From contig NC_058382.1 of NCBI RefSeq assembly GCF_018350175.1, positions 56,236,001 to 56,300,000 of the forward strand: a stretch of DNA of 64,000 nt, read 5' to 3'. The first letter of the stretch is position 1. Each line of letters opens with the position of its first letter. Below the pieces are notes generated by a model. It worked only from the letters and a program-made list of their open reading frames with translations, was not told the DNA's origin and did no database searches. Made by a program: the position numbers and the translations under genes. Positions 63,502 through 64,000 of the stretch are shown piece by piece. The stretch is from Felis catus (taxonomy: Eukaryota).

Positions 63502-64000
63502 TAGAGACATTAAAATGGGTTAGGGAAGGTGTCTTAAATATAACTTAAAAAAATCATGAGCAACTTTGCTTTTAAAATTAAGAATCCTTGAAATCTTTGT
63601 CTTGAAAATACAAATCATTAAATAACATGTTTAAGCCCTAAATACAAATTTTGTTGGTCTGCTTTGTCAATTAAATGCTGTGTAACTTTGTCCCCTCCCT
63701 TTTTCCAGAACCCTCTGAAGTTTTTTTTTTTTCAATCTTTTCTACCTATTATAGAAAAATTAGCTTTCACTTCACATCAAATAAAAAAGGTCTGGATAGC
63801 TAAGCCTCTATGTTTGATTTGAGTGGAGTGTCTCATGTGTGCCACTGGCCAAATTTTTCCAGAAAAATATTTGTCCTTAACCGACAGTTTGCTATTTTTC
63901 TGTTTCACTGTGTGGATGTCAAATAATTCATTTCTCTTTTTCCCAGTGTATGTGTTCCTGTGACCTCACAGATTACAGGGGTATCTTTTGTCCTGACAAA

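Larger units (their letters stand above)
41445..64000 (+). other. CDH13: CDH13 intron downstream of the exon (intron 3, partial)
   Basis: Starts at the GT donor; the next exon (DIFKFARTSPVPRQKR…) is not seen in the window. Confidence 0.85.

Noticed and set aside
63928..63960. Acceptor-like tttctctttttcccag near the window end as the next CDH13 exon
   Set aside because: The downstream sequence does not encode DIFKFARTSPVPRQKR in any frame.
1..64000. CRISPR array, operon, prophage or other prokaryote-type novel system
   Set aside because: The recurring repeats are dispersed Can-SINEs with TSDs rather than regularly spaced repeat-spacer units, and the sequence is mammalian intron with very low coding density.

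Overview
Mammalian genomic DNA, very probably from a cat or other felid: there are about 35 tRNA-Lys-derived Can-SINEs, including young copies of the felid SINEC_Fc type. The window lies inside the CDH13 (T-cadherin) gene on the + strand. The only coding segment I can support is a 209-bp internal exon at 41236-41444 with canonical AG/GT ends. It encodes part of the CDH13 prodomain and matches human exon 3 as I recall it. The rest is intron, filled with Can-SINEs (many with clear target-site duplications, several nested), old L1, L2 and CR1 LINE remnants, MIRs, MaLR LTRs, DNA-transposon MITEs and microsatellites. All other ORFs in the track look like chance or repeat-derived frames. I found no evidence of a new multi-gene system. 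Worth a second look: inverted SINEs bracketing the exon (circRNA or editing architecture), very young and possibly polymorphic SINEs, nested SINE hotspots, a diverged ~210-bp direct duplication that is not an obvious transposon, a cluster of three POU octamer motifs, and a long compound GAT/GGT repeat. Repeat family names come from recalled consensus sequences, and their boundaries are approximate.
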